Shown: positions 40,332 through 59,600 of the stretch, in pieces | Numbering within the stretch: position 1 is the first letter of the stretch | Layout: every line of letters starts with the position of its first letter | Assembly (NCBI RefSeq): GCF_009914755.1 | Contig: NC_060938.1 | Length of the DNA stretch: 64,000 bases | Direction: 5' to 3' (one strand) | From: the human T2T-CHM13v2.0 reference genome, Homo sapiens | The notes under the pieces: generated by a model | Told to the model about the DNA's origin: nothing | The model's input: the letters and a program-made list of their open reading frames with translations, nothing else | The model's database searches: none | Program-made: the position numbers and the translations under genes

Positions 40332-41447
40332 CTGGAAGGGAAAGGTAACAGCGTGAGCTCAGGGAGGAGGGTCTGGCTGCCTTCTCCCCTCACCGCCACC
40401 TGGGCGGCTTCACAGTCTGCGCCCCAGACCACATCCCCAGCAGGGCCAGCAGCACAGAAAGCGTGGACTCTTCTTACCTGCCTCTGCCCCATCACCCCTG
40501 TAGGGACTGGCCACCACAAAATTCCAGAACCCCAGGTCTGGAGGGCCTGAAGATAGCTTAGTGAAGCCTCTCACTTGGTAAGCGGAAGGCCCTGCTTTCC
40601 TGTAAGGCCTCGGGTGACAGGAGTCCCACCTGCTCCCGGACCTGTCCACCCCATCCATTCTGGAGTCACCTCCTTGCACTGCTACCTCCTCCCTCCCATG
40701 CCTCCCAGCCAGGCTGGGTCATGCAGCCCCCTGCCCTGGGCTTTGGGCCAGGGGAACAGTTTGAGGAAGGAGTGGAATTGCTCCTGGCTTGGCCGGTGTC
40801 CTGTGTCCACAACAACTGGGGCTCTGTCCTCACTCCCCTGTCTATTCCAGATTCCTGGAGCAGTTTGACCAATCACATAGTTTGCTGGCGCTATGACGTT
40901 CCAGGCCTCCTGCATTCAGTGTTACCAGTGACCTGGGCATGACTTCTCCATGGTTTTCAGGGCACTTGCAAGGAGAGCCTCATACCCAGCCTCCCTCCAG
41001 CCCCGTGCCTCTGGGGTCCAAGGCCGTTGAGCTGGAGTTAGCACTCTGACTCCAAGGCCGGGCCAGGGGTCTGACATGCAGGTCCCCAGGACCCACCTGC
41101 CAGCTATTCAGGCCTGCAGCAAGCACCGGCCCCAGAAGCTGCATGGCCAGAGGGCAGGAGATGGAGAGGCCTGATCGCTGGGGTGGGGGCTGCGGCTGAT
41201 CTTTCCCACCTCCACAAGCAACTCCCTGGGGCGTGGGCACCTCTTGACCCCATATGGAAGAGGAAGTGGGTGGGGCCAGGCCATGAGAGAAGGCTGCCAG
41301 GGTTGGGTGCTGCTGCTCCAAGCTCCCTTTCCTAATGCCACAGAGATGGGATGCCCAGGGACCCAGGATTAACACCCACACTTCTCTGAGGTGCTGGAAA
41401 CTTAGGGGAAAGGAAAATCCCTCAGGCATCTCCCCCAGCTCAGATAC

Positions 41448-41663
41448 CCTTGTCAGGGATGGTCCCGGCCTCAAGCCAGGTGTCCGTGACGACCCGGAGG
41501 GGCTGCCTCTCTGCTGGCCCGGGCAGTGCCCCGCTGCTCCTCTGCCCTTGCTCCCTTGGGGGCCTTGCCAGTTCCTCCTCCTCGGCTTTCCTCATGGACA
41601 GGCGGATGTCGGAGCTCGCGTAGGTGTAGCCGTGGCCGGCAGGGCAGATCTCTCTGAAGGCCT
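41448..41663 (-). CDS. LTBP2: LTBP2 exon 12, end of TB domain plus hinge
   Basis: [72 protein letters not shown]; 216 nt. Confidence 0.94.
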
Positions 41664-41922
41664 CTGCAAAGCCAACAGCCAGAGGACAAACTGAGAGGTG
41701 CTGTTCCTGCAGGAAACCAGGGCCTTCCTTTCCCTCCCTTTGGGAGACACGGCAATTGTGGCAGCAAGGAGGGAGGGAGCCCCAGGTTGGGATAAGCACG
41801 TGAGCAGGCAGGGAAGGCTACTTCAGTCTTCCAGATTGAGGGAAGTCTACCCAGGCCTGGCAACATGGTCACTGGCCTTGAGCCCCTGGGCAGTGAAAGC
41901 TGGGATGGGAACAGGAGGTTAC

Positions 41923-42087
41923 CTGTGCCAGGCAGAGGGCATTTCTCACACTCGCTGCCCCATGCTTTGCCCACGCGGCTGCAGCAGCATATCTGCTTGG
42001 TGATCCGCTGGGCCAAAGGCAGGGTGCAGGTGCCGGGCCCCAGCGACCGGTAGCACAGTCCCTGCAGCATGGAGATTGCCTTGTCCG
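41923..42087 (-). CDS. LTBP2: LTBP2 exon 11, TB/8-Cys domain
   Basis: [55 protein letters not shown]; 165 nt. Confidence 0.95.
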
Positions 42088-43049
42088 CTGCAACAGACAC
42101 AGCACGTGGAGGTGGGCAGGTGGCCAGTGGGAGGGGAATGCGCAGCTGGGAGGGCAGTGGATGGAGGTGTGGCTGGCCACATGCACTCAGACTGGCCTGG
42201 CCCATATCTCAGTTGGGAAGTTTGGAGCCCTGCAAATGCTCACAAGAACTTTAGGAGGAAGAGGCGTAGTGGAATGTTTCAGCACCTGCCCATGTTGTGT
42301 GCTTGATGAGACTCGTGACTCCCCACCTGCATGTGGAGAACCTGAGAGCAGGGAATGAGGATGCAGCTGCTTGTCTCCAGTGCCGAGTTTAGAAGTGTTT
42401 ACTGAAGGCCCCACGTGTCCCTAGGGTTGAGCGGGCAGCAGTATGTCCTGAGGACCACAGCCTCCCTGGGAAGATGAGGCAAGGTAAGGAGCTAAGGCCG
42501 GATGGGGAGCTCGGAGGACAGGGACCCTATCTTGGGTCATCTCTGTCACCCAGGCACCTCCCATAGTGCCTGGTGCATGCAAATGCTTAGTAATGCTTGT
42601 TGAAGCTATGCGTGGATGGCTAGGTCAATGAACCAATCAAACACAGAATCAACCAGCCAATCAAAATACTGAGGGTCACTGTGAGTTTGAGCTATGCTGG
42701 GCTTAGGTCATAGCAATGCCACCACCCTTATCTCCTTTCTTGTACTTTGAAAATAAATATTAAAGAATAGTTTCTGTATGTTATCTCAATGGAAGACGAG
42801 GAGGCCATGCCAGGTTGGAAGAGTCTGGAATCCGTAGAGGGCTGACTGGATTCTAAGAGGAGGAGAGTGGGCTGAAGAGGACATCAATCAAAGTTTAGGA
42901 ATGAATGATTCTGGGGAAGTGCTGGTCAGGCCCAGGACGCAGCAGACCAAGTTCAAATCCCTGCTCCACCATGAACTACAGACCTCCCTGGGCCTTAGCT
43001 TCTTCACGTGTAAAATGAAGATGAGAATGATGATTCCATCGCAGGGGAC

Positions 43050-43855
<806 letters not shown>

Positions 43856-45390
43856 AACTTTCTTCGTGGTATTGTCGTGGAGATTAAATAGAGTGAGGTG
43901 TGTGAGAGTGGCTTGTTAAAGGTCATGTGCCCGCCACAGGTAAATCATCAGCCGTCTGTGAGCCCTGGATCTCCAGGTGCAAACTCTGCTTCTAGCAGCC
44001 ACTTCCATTGGGACACTGTAAGGAAGGGCTCTGTCCCTTTGAACCCCAGGGTGGAGATGACCCAGGTGGGAATATCAGGAGGCTGGGGCAGCCCTGTAGA
44101 CTGCCCCACTGGACCTGGTCAGGCGGCAGGGAGGGAAGGAGGCAGAACTCAGAAACAAAGGGAAGAGAAACTTCGTGCCACCCCTCCCACTTACAGGGAG
44201 GTGAATCACTGTAGGAGGCTGGAGGGAGTAACACCAGGGACAGAGAGGGAAAAAAGGACACTCGAGAGCCATCTCTGCTTCCCTGTATTAAGGGTCTCTT
44301 TCTGGGACTAATAAATAAGTCACCTTGGATGTCAAACACACCTCTCTGGTAAAGGGATCTTAAGTGATGTGGAGTAGAAGGAAGGGTGTAAGCCTCTCAA
44401 GGCCTTGATCACCTGCCACTGCCACCATGAAGGTTTCTTGAGAGCGGTCTGACATGTTCTCCCCACTCTGGGCCCCTCACTCTCTGGGCACCCCCCTCCT
44501 ATAGCTCTTGCTGTCTTCTCTCCCTAGAGCCACTGGGTTCAGCCTCTGGGTGGCACTGGAGTCTTGTCCAATCCCATGGCCCTCCCAAACCCAGTACCAG
44601 AAAGTTTGCAGACTGAGGGCTTGGCCGGTTGCAGGGAGCTCTGCTGAGCTGGGCGTGGCCCATCCAACCTCGGCTGCTGCCTCCCAGAGGCCAGTTGGGA
44701 CTGGTTTTATTCAGCTCTGGTCAGGCCTCCCGGCCCAGGGAAAGCCCTATCTGGGCTGTGGTGTCAGTTCTGCCATTGGGGGCTGCTGCCAGCCTGGGCC
44801 TCTCACCCTGGAAACCACAGAGGTCTCTGGAAACAGGGCTGCCTGGCATACATGCATGTACATACCTGGACACAATGCTAATGCCCACTATGTGTTCACA
44901 GATAAGGAGAAACTTCAGAACCACAAGGGGCCACAGGATTGTGGAAAGGCCCTCGGGTCGGGCAGCAGCTCCATGAATGCTATGGACAGCCCTTCTGGAA
45001 AGGTCACTCAGCAGCCAAGGCTCAGCCAGACATCAGAGCAGAGGCCACCCCCACCACCTCCCGCCACCAAAGAAAACGAGGCTACACATGGAACAGAAAT
45101 GATTAGAAAGGAAAAAAAATAAGAAATAGAAAAGACAAATTCCAAACTGCAAAGGCCCGGAAAAAATGCCTAGTGTAAAAAGTGAAGTAGTAACCATCTC
45201 TGTTCCAGCAGGATGGGCTGATCAGGTTTTTCACATTGGGCCCAACTCCAGGTTGAATAGCCGACACAGGCCCTGAGCATGGCGTGATCAGGTCTGGGGA
45301 AAATTGCTGCCCTGGGCCTGGCCTGTGGACCTGAAGTGTCCCATCTTGTCTCCCACTGTCCACCCCCACCCCATCCCTGCCAGCACTCAC

Positions 45391-45513
45391 ACACACAGCG
45401 GCTCCGCGATGGATCCAGCATGAGGCCAGGTCTGCATGTGCACAGGTAGCTGCCCCTGGTATTCACACACTCCGCGTCCTTGCACAGGCCCAGGGTCAAG
45501 CACTCGTTGATAT
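45391..45513 (-). CDS. LTBP2: LTBP2 exon 10, cbEGF
   Basis: [41 protein letters not shown]; 123 nt. Confidence 0.95.
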
Positions 45514-45720
45514 CTGCAGGGTTGGAGGAGATGACCAAGTGCCCGCCCCACGGAGGCCTGATGGAGCAGAGGGGCTGGGCAGAGATCTTCAAATACTCTC
45601 TCCAGATAAAACAACAACAAAAGAGCTGCTATGTATTCAGTGGGATTCCTCTCCCTGTGCCTCAGTTTCCTCATTTGTAAAATGAGGATAATGATAGTAA
45701 CAACCAGATGGTGTTGTTAA

Positions 45721-46110
<390 letters not shown>

Positions 46111-48890
46111 TCAAGCGCTAGTGTTTATTGAGCACCTATTACATGCTACGTACTCTGCTGGGTATTAACATATAATACCCCATTTAATTCTCACAAACAA
46201 TTTTATCAAATAGGCCCACATGTCCTCATTTTACAGGAGAAGAAACTGAGGTCCCAGGAATAGCCAGGTCACCCACTGGTTTGGGGAAATTGGCACTGGG
46301 CACAGAGTCATTCAGCTGGAGAGTGGCATGTTGAGATGCAGACAGGAAACAGATCAGGGGGACTGTGTGGGTTGGAAGGTGGAGAAGGGGCAGCCAAGTC
46401 CCTCCTATTCAGCCTTCCTCCAGAGGTCCCTGAAGCACCTCTGCAGGCCCCAAGACCCTGGGAGCATGTCTGCAGTGAGCTGGAGGAGGGAGGACCCTGG
46501 TAAGGAAAAGGAGGCAGAGGCTGGAGGAAGGCACTGAAGGGGAAGGGGACAGCAGGGGTCACAGTTAAGAGTGTGCAAAGGTTGAGGGTCAGAAGGGCAC
46601 ATCTTCGGGTCCTCCTGAACGCCCTTCCTTGTGCAGGCTGCACGCATCCCCCCGGAAACCCGTGGAGGCTCATGCTGTTCTTCAAATAAGGGAGGTGCAC
46701 TGGTTTCTTCTGTGACCTCAAAGGGGGAAACCCCCTTTTCCTGCTGCAAACTTCTCCCTGCCAAGGGGAAGTCTCAGCCCTCACAATCTAAGATATGAGG
46801 AGTCGGGGGCCATCTTGATGATGGCACTTCTATTGATGGTGGTGATGGCAGCAGAGATGATAAGCATTAATTGCTTGTGAGGGGCACCTGCCTCCAGGCC
46901 AGGCGGTAACACAGGCAGCCCTGTGTCTGCAGAGCCAGGTCACCCACCGGTTTGGGGAAATTGGCACTGGGCACAGGAACGAGGGACTGAAAGGTGACCC
47001 AGCCTGAGCACCAAGGGGCACTACTCCTTGGTAGGATGCCCCATTGTGGCAGGGTGCCAATAAGAGCTGGGAAGGTGCTACTGAGAAATGGGAAGGGGCA
47101 GTGATCCATATGCATCCAGACTGTGGCCACAGTGGGATGTGGGCCTCCATACCCAAATCTGACTTGCTTCCCTCTGCTTCTGGGTTCCCTGTCACTTCTT
47201 AGAGGGAGGCTCTAAACCCTAACATGGTATCCAAGGCCCTCTACCTTTCCCCAAAGCCTGTGGGTAAACAGGTGGCTCTGATGAGACACTGGCAGACATG
47301 TGGCATCTCCCGTGTGTACACAGGCCACGTACACAGTACTTTCTGGGACACTCCAGACAGCACAAACTGTTCTTTTGCTTATGGGGTTCACATTGCCTGG
47401 AGAGCTTGCATCCTCTTAGTTGGCCAACGTGTACTCATTTTTAAAGTCTTGGCCTTAGGTATCACCTTTTCCAGGGAGCCTTCCCTGATCCTTCCAGTCT
47501 GGGAAGGCGCCCCCACCATGGGATCCTGTAGCACTCAGGGACTGCTGCTTTCTCTCAAGAATGCCCCGCTCATTAGACCTGATTGTTCAGGGGGTCTGTC
47601 TGCACTTGGGGCAGGACTGTCTTCTCCATCACTGTGTACTCCTAGCACAGTGTATGTAGCCCATAGTAACCTCCCCTCCAATACTCTGTGGAAGTAGGAG
47701 AGAAGGATGGAGAGAGAGGAGAGATGACGCATGCGGGTGCAGAGATGAGCAGGTCCCTTCGCAGACACAGAGACCACAGCCACATACATGGGAAGGGGAG
47801 GTTTCAGGGGCAGGGCCTCCTGAGGGAAGGTCCTTTGGTGTCCTGAATCTTGGGGCTCAGTAGAGGGAGGGCAGAGAGCCCATTTGAGATCCTGAGTATA
47901 ACCTTAAAGCTCCAGATTGGGAAACATACCAGGAGGAAAAGCAACTGGTGACTGTTTAGACATGAACAGCCCCGATGTACCCTCCAAAGGCAAAAATACG
48001 TATTTCTCCCTACATCCACTGTCTGCTTGGCCCTCAAACCACTGGCTCCTGAGGGAGTCTGACTCTGGACTAGGCTGGGCCAGAGACCTGCCCTTTTGCT
48101 TGGCCCCAGCACCTTTGCTTATCCACGGGCTAGGAATCACTTCTGCAGCCTGGCACCCCCAAGGAAGACAGCCCAGCCATGCAGAGCTTCCCCAGACTCC
48201 TCTCTCTGAAGCAACCTCCAGGAGGAGGGCACCTTGGAGGCCATCTGGGTCAATCCCCTGTCTCTGACCCAGCTCCACCCAAAGCAAACCATACAGACAA
48301 CTGTTTGTCCAGTTGTCAAAGCTCCCCACAGGGAAGCCACCTTGTTCCCCACTGGCCTCTGCCAGCCCCAGGAGCCTGTCCCAGGCAGGAAGCCCCCGTG
48401 CTCCCCGTCCCCTTTCCTGGCTATGGGTTGAAGCAAGCGGGAGGGAAGCCTGAGTAGCTAAAGGTTTTCAGTTGGGAAAAGCCCACAGAGGCCCCAACAA
48501 CTCAGGCTGACTTGATTTCCCACCCTAGAGCTGAAATTCTTCCCACTCCAGGGAGACCAGCTCAGGAGAAAAGTGGAAGTGCACAGACTGGGGTGGCCCC
48601 TTCAGACACAGCCCCACATAGCCTAGAGCCCCTAGCCTGTGTTCCAGGTGGGTGTGGGTGGAGATGGGGACGAGGGGAGGTGTCGGCCCCCTTGGCTTCC
48701 TCTGTCACTCTCAAGCAAGTCCCTGGATTTCCTTAGTCCCCTGGAATCAGCAGCCCCCCACCACTCCCCAAAGCTGGGGCTTAGAGGGACTCAGTGGAGA
48801 CCACTCGGCCAGTGACAGACACCCCTCCTGTCTGGTGCTGGGAGTGTGCCCCGGCATCCTTGAGCCCAGCCCTGGCCCTGGGGGTCCTAC

Positions 48891-48965
48891 CTTGGCAGTG
48901 AGTGAGGTTCAGTCTCTTGTACCCCTGAGGACACTCCAGCTGGCCATTCTCAATCACCGGGGAGG
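48891..48965 (-). CDS. LTBP2: LTBP2 exon 9, C-terminal part of hybrid domain
   Basis: [25 protein letters not shown]; 75 nt; tcag| ... |gtagg. Confidence 0.93.
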
Positions 48966-49167
48966 CTGAAGAGTGGAGATACGGACAGGTCTCACTGGAC
49001 GGCCCCTGGGCTCCTCTGTCACCCATGCTGGGAAGCAGGTGCAGTCTGGATGTCCAGCCCACCCGGCAGCAGTGAGCCCCAGCCCCCGAAGCCATCGCCC
49101 TGGGCAGCTGTGCTTCCTGGTTCTCACCAGACTCCTCTCAGCCCACCTCGCTTTTATTAAAAGCAGT

Positions 49168-49872
<705 letters not shown>

Positions 49873-49889
49873 TTTTGTTAATACTAAGA

Positions 49890-51730
<1,841 letters not shown>

Positions 51731-52386
51731 GCCAGGACTGGCCCGCTCCGGATTTGCACGTTCCATGTAGGGACCAGGGTCCAGCCTAGAAGGCCACTCT
51801 TGTGGAGACACACGGGGATTCTGAAAACGCTGAGAATGAGATGGAAAGATGAGAGTGAGGCTGGGAGATGTGCACGTCCCTGGCGTGGGGCCTGGTGGTA
51901 TAAACTGAGGACAGAGAGGAGGGAAGAAAGAGAAGTCCTTTGGAGAAACTCAGAAGGCAGGCTGATTAGATGCAGCCTGTGAACATTATGAGGAGCAGAA
52001 GGTGGGAAAGAATGATGCAAGGCTGCTGCCAGAGGGCTGAGGAAAGAGACCAAGTGCACATTTGTCCAGTGCTTCAGAATTGCAAGGCCATGGGTACACA
52101 TGGTCATGTCTGTTTCTCACAACAATTATGCCCTAAGGCAGGGACCGTCATCCCCATTTTACAGATTAGGAAAGCAAGGCTCAGTGAGGGGTAAGTAACT
52201 GACCCAGGTAACAAAGTTGCTGGAGCAGAGGCAGGGTTGAAATCGGGCCTCTAGCTGTGAAGGCCACATCCTTTCTCCTACCTTCCACTGTGCTTCTCTA
52301 AGAGAGAGAGAGAGATCAGGAAGAGCTGGGTGAGCCAGCAGGCCGGAAAGGTATCAACTCTCTAGATGTCAAGAGGGAGAAATGAT

Positions 52387-52713
<327 letters not shown>

Positions 52714-53151
52714 TTAGTGATCAGAAGGGGAGCAGCAGAGAGCTTGGATGAGAGCAGGAAGCAAGAGTGGAACCAGCTGCTGGCACCTGCAGAAAACTGT
52801 GAGAACCCGAGGAATGAGTGAATCTCAGAGGAGCTGGGTCCACCCATTAGTCTGGATACATGTATGTGCTTTTTATATAAAATGGTCTCCTCCTTAATAA
52901 GGGGAACCTGCCCCCCTGCTGGCCTGAAGGGAGTGTGTTGCGTGGGCAATTCTTCATGAAGGCAGGCTTCTAGAGGGAAATAAATGCCAAGCCACTGTCT
53001 CTGGGGAAACTCCCATTTTTACCAACAACCTCCACCCCAAAACCAGGGCCCTCAGCACCCCTCCTCACACCTCTCAGAGACAGTCTATAAGGGGCTAGTT
53101 CCTAGCTTCTGTAAGACCAAGTACAGCATTGAATCCAAAAAATCAGGTTAA

Positions 53152-53990
<839 letters not shown>

Positions 53991-55788
53991 TAGGTTAAAT
54001 TCAGGTTAAATCTCCTTGGGAGAAAGTGGAAGTTTAGATGGCCATATGGCTCAGGGTGAAAATTCAGCAGCCAGTGAGCTTTGTGACAGGTGAAGGCAGG
54101 TGACACCTGTCACCGTCCCTGCCACCCACACCAGGTGTCCCTCTTGCATGCTCCCAATACATACAGCCCTGCCCAAGTCACAGCACTAGCTTTTGAGCTG
54201 AAAAACTCAGTTCATGGTGTGTCGTGGCTGCCTGTTTACTTTTCCATCTCTCCACAAAGCATAAGCTACGTGAGGACAAGGACCTTGTCTTATTCTTCTT
54301 CATCACTGTTATGTCTCTGGTGCCAAGCATGACACCTAGAGCTGTGTGGGCACTCAGTCAAAATAGGAACAAATAAGAAGACCAAACACTCAAATGGCAC
54401 TTACTATGGGCCAGGCCCTATTATAAAGGCTTTACACGAATTAACTTAGTTAATGCTCATAAGAGCCCTTGGAGAGTCTTACTAATATTATTCCCATTTT
54501 ATGGATGAGCAAATTGAGGTTCATCCATAAAATGGATGAGGTTATGAAACAAACCCAAGGTCACCCCGCTGGTGGACAGAGCTGGGATTATGAACTCAGG
54601 AAGTCTAGCTCCAGAGGAGAAATTCTGAACCATTCTCCCCACTGCCTCCAAATAAATAAATTTGTGAAAAGCCTTAGGGGTGTCTAGGCAGAAAACCCTA
54701 GGGACCAATGGAGGTACCTGCCCAGTAGAAAACCTAGCACCCTTCCTAGGAAACCTCTACCCTGTTTTTAAATGAGGGGTCAGGAGAGGGAATAAGAAAA
54801 AAAAAAAAGTAGGGATACTCAGAAGGAGGTCAGAAGAACTGATCAGATGCCTGGTAAGTGCTCCACGATGTGCATAACCAAAGTGCCGGGCAGAACTGAC
54901 AAAGGAAATGGTGTAGAACTCATCCTACCCCTTGTGGCTCCTCAGCCAGATCAAGGTTATCACAAGGGGTAAGGGGTCAGAGAGTAGAAAGAAGAGAATC
55001 TGTGAGACCTGGGGAGAGAGAGTGGCTAAGCTGTGACTCCCACGGATGCTTCAAGGAGGCCTTGCAGGGCTGCAGTGTCCTTGCCTTTCAGACTCTTAGA
55101 CTTGGGAAAGCCAAAGCAGCTGCCCAGGATCAGTGGGGACCGACCTGAACTCCAAGGAGTTCACATCACAAATGCCCATGAAGCATGCAGGACAGATGTG
55201 GGGAACCTTCCTGGTAAGGACATCGGGACATATGGTCTTCTGATTCCCTGGCCTTGGCCCTGTCCACCCTCTGCCGTGCCTCGGTTGCTCACAAACTGAA
55301 GAAAGAAGCAGATGGGCCCCTGGCTGCAGCCTGCCCCTGCCCTGCTAACTCTCCCCCTCGGCTGCTGGGACTCCCAAGGAGGCCTCAGTAAAGGCAAACT
55401 AATTTCTCGAGACAGTTTTGGCGCTGACTCCATGAGTAGAGCTGTGGAGGAGAAAGTGAAGAGTGTCTGGCCACAGGGCTGTTTACAAGCTGTGCCAATC
55501 TCAGCCTGTGATGACAGGTGCCTGCAGCAGGGAGATGTGAAAGGTCCCTACCACACAGCCCCTCTGCCCAGGGACAGACACATACATGCCTGGCGAGGCC
55601 AAGCTCAGTGACACAGGGACGCGTGAGCAGGCTGGTGCCTTGCCCCTTTGATTTGCAAACCTCAGAAGGGCAAGCTGGAGAGAAAATTCTACTCCCCCAG
55701 TAGGAGTGCAGGTGCTGGGGCAGCCAGACCCACATCTAATCCCAGGCTCCACTCTGACTACCTGTGTGACCTGGGGCACATTTCTTAA

Positions 55789-56098
<310 letters not shown>

Positions 56099-56129
56099 TG
56101 AATTTTTTCATCTGTAGAAGTGGGGACTG

Positions 56130-56530
<401 letters not shown>

Positions 56531-56537
56531 CTATAGA

Positions 56538-56642
56538 GCCTGCCTGCCTGCCTGCCTGCCTTCCCTCCCTTTTTCCTTCCTTCCTTCCCTCCCTTTTTCC
56601 TCCCTCCCTCCCTTCCTTCCTCCCTTCCTCCCTTCCTTCCCC
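56538..56642. repeat. (CCTG)n-(CCTT/CCCT)n microsatellite
   Basis: Directly visible. Confidence 0.9.
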
Positions 56643-59600
56643 ACAGTCTCAAGGCTGGCATGCTGGCCCACTGTCCCTCACTAGCTGGGTGAATTTGGGC
56701 AGGTTACACAACCTCTTTGAGGCTGGGTCTTCTTATCAGTAAACTGGAGATGATAAGTCCCTCTTCATGGGGTTATGATGAACATGAAATAAGCATGTAC
56801 AACTCTGAGCACAACACTTGTCCCATTTTAGGAATTCTCATAATGTCCATTATTCAGATTTCCCTCCTTGGTGAAGGACCAGTGGGGCCCCCCAGTGATT
56901 ATGGACATTCTGCCCAAAGATGGTCTCTGACTGCCTCCTCAGAGCAAGATAGAACCAAAGTCACCACAAACAGTGAGGTCGAAAAAGAGTCTGGTCAGAC
57001 CCCTGGCTCAGGCAGGTGCCACCTAGCCACCCCTGCCCCAGCCCTTCCTCCGCTCTCCGGGCTAGAGGTGCCACATGTCAGTGACACCCACCCCTGCTGG
57101 GTTGGGAGGGTGCTCACTTAAGCCTGAGGCACAATTCATTCCCAGCAGGCTTCAAGTCCCTTGGAAGAAGCTCTCAGAACATCTCTGAGCCAAAGAGACA
57201 CTGCCTTTTCAGCTGACAACTGGAATTCTGAAAATCCCATTTCTTTAGAGTAGGGGACTGGGCATCTCATCCAGAATCCCAGAGAACAGGAGCCCCACCC
57301 CAGCACAGCTGTTCCCCAAGCCGGGGTCCTCCAGTTCAGCAAATGCTTGTGCCGGGTGCAAGAAGCAGCAGAGAGAGGCCACTTGCAGAGTGGCTGGAAG
57401 CAGGCAACTGGAGTCAGATAGGCCGGGAGTTTCAGGCCCAATTTTCTCTTCTGTAAAATGGGGATAATAGCACCCAACATCTAGAAATATTGTTAGGATG
57501 CAAGAAAATGAAAAAGCACTTAGCACCGTGCCTGGCACTTATAAGTACTCTGAATAAATGGTTGTGAATGATGATAAGGGTGATAATAATGGTGTTGCTG
57601 CTGTGACCTGCCCTAAGGCTCTCTGCCCCTCATGCCCCCAGCACCCTCCCATACCCATCCTCCCCAGGGGCTGGCATCACAGAGCTACACCTATAACTCT
57701 CGTCATGGGCAACGGTCAGGACCAAAGCAAAGCCTTCTTTCTGTTGGAAGGTTCAAATACATTTTCAAACATCTCTAAAAACCCCCATTTCCTCAAAAAT
57801 CAATTTTCTTTGTCGACTCCTATGAAAAATCTGTTCTTGGTAGTCATTCTCCCTGTGATCTGGAGCCCACTACTTTTAGGCACAACCCATTTTATTGCTG
57901 GGCACCTGCAGTTTTTAATAAGTTGTCCCTTGTGATCAGTTTCAAGTCGAGCTCTGGTTACCAGAAACACCACACATTGGATATTTCTCTTGAGAACCAC
58001 GTGGGGGAAAGCCTACACCCTTCTCCCTAGGGCAATTATTTCTCTTAACGCAGGCCGGGGCTACATGTTGCTAACCTGCCCCTCTATCTAACCCAAATCT
58101 TCTTGACGGATATAGCACAAGTAACTCACAAAACCCAATCTTGACGCGCATCCTCTTGGCTGCAGAATTCCAGTCTAGCATCCTGATCTTTGTTTCCTTC
58201 AGGGAGGCTCAGGTCTCCCCAGAATGATTAGGGAGATCTTGCTCAGCTGAGAGTCAGACATACTGTGGTTGGAATCCTGGCTCTACCTGCCCTAGATGTA
58301 TGACCTTGGACAAGCTCCTCAGCCTTCTTGGAGCTCCATTTTCCTCATCCATCAAATAGGGTTAAAAATCCTGGGCTTGCAGGTGGCTGTACAAATTCAG
58401 TGAGACAAAACATGTGAAGGGCCCAGTGTAATGTGAAAGTTCAGGAACTGGCGGCTATTCTTGGTTTAAGAGAGAAAGGTGCAGAGTTCCTTGAAAGGGC
58501 AGAGCAAGAGAATCTGTTCTCCCTGGAGATACAGAGGGCCCTGGGTTCAGAGGTGAACTCAACCCACCCCAGGCAAATGGCAAGACGATCTCATGGCAAA
58601 CAGCTGGAGCCCACCACTGTAGGCCCTGAGCCATGTGCCAGCCCCGCCTGTCCCAGCAAAGGGGCCTGGGGGTTGACACAGCCAGTGCCAAGCCAGATGG
58701 GGCAGTGGCCAACTTTCCAGTCAGCCCAGATGTCTGTCTTTCTCAGATGAAAACTCAAAAATGTGGCCTCAATCAAAGTGGCTTTTGAGAACCGTGTGTT
58801 CTCCAGACTCTGGCAGGAGGATTGAAGAGGGCTATGAGCTGGGACCCTTTGATAAATCCCAAGGGGTCAGGAAGACCTGGCTCAGGCTAAGTCCTGGGAG
58901 TTCAGCTGGGTACACATTACCTCTACCACTCAGAGTGAAGGGAGCAGAGGGGAACTGTGGGCTGGTCTAGACTGACTCCCGGGCCAGCTCTCCATGCAAG
59001 TTCTGTGGCATTCTGGAACAAAAGGGATTTACCTATGCCATGCAATTAAGACTTCAAGGCAGTCCTTTTCCATGTCAGGAATAGTGGCATTCTGTTGCGA
59101 CCTTCTTCAACAGTCCAGCACAGAGCCTCAAAGCCAGAATGTGACTGAAGGGAAGCCATGAAGCCACTCCCAGGCTGCTCACCCTATCACTCCCACCACT
59201 GCCTGATTTGCTAGAACACTTTACTGGGGATGACAAAGGCTTCCCCCAGAAGCATAAGCCTATTTTATCAGAGGAGAAATAGGGGCTCAGAGAGGCAAAG
59301 CCACTAGTGCCAGGGATGATCTAGGATCCAGAAGTCCTGTCTGTCTTGCCAACCTTCCCCAAACCTGCCCTGGCAGCTTGTCTTTTCTTCCTCTGCTTCT
59401 TGTATAGAAGCTTCCTTGTCATCCCCACTTAAAGAAATGTGCCCACCCCAGCCCCAGGTTCAGGCATGAAGCGAGGTGCCTGGCACTCTGTCAACACAAA
59501 CAAGGCTCCCCAACGTCTTGCCCCTTCTCTATACAATGCCCAACTGCACTTTCATGTGTTTTTGATGTTTATGTTGCCCTGGTCTTTGTTATTTCTTGCT

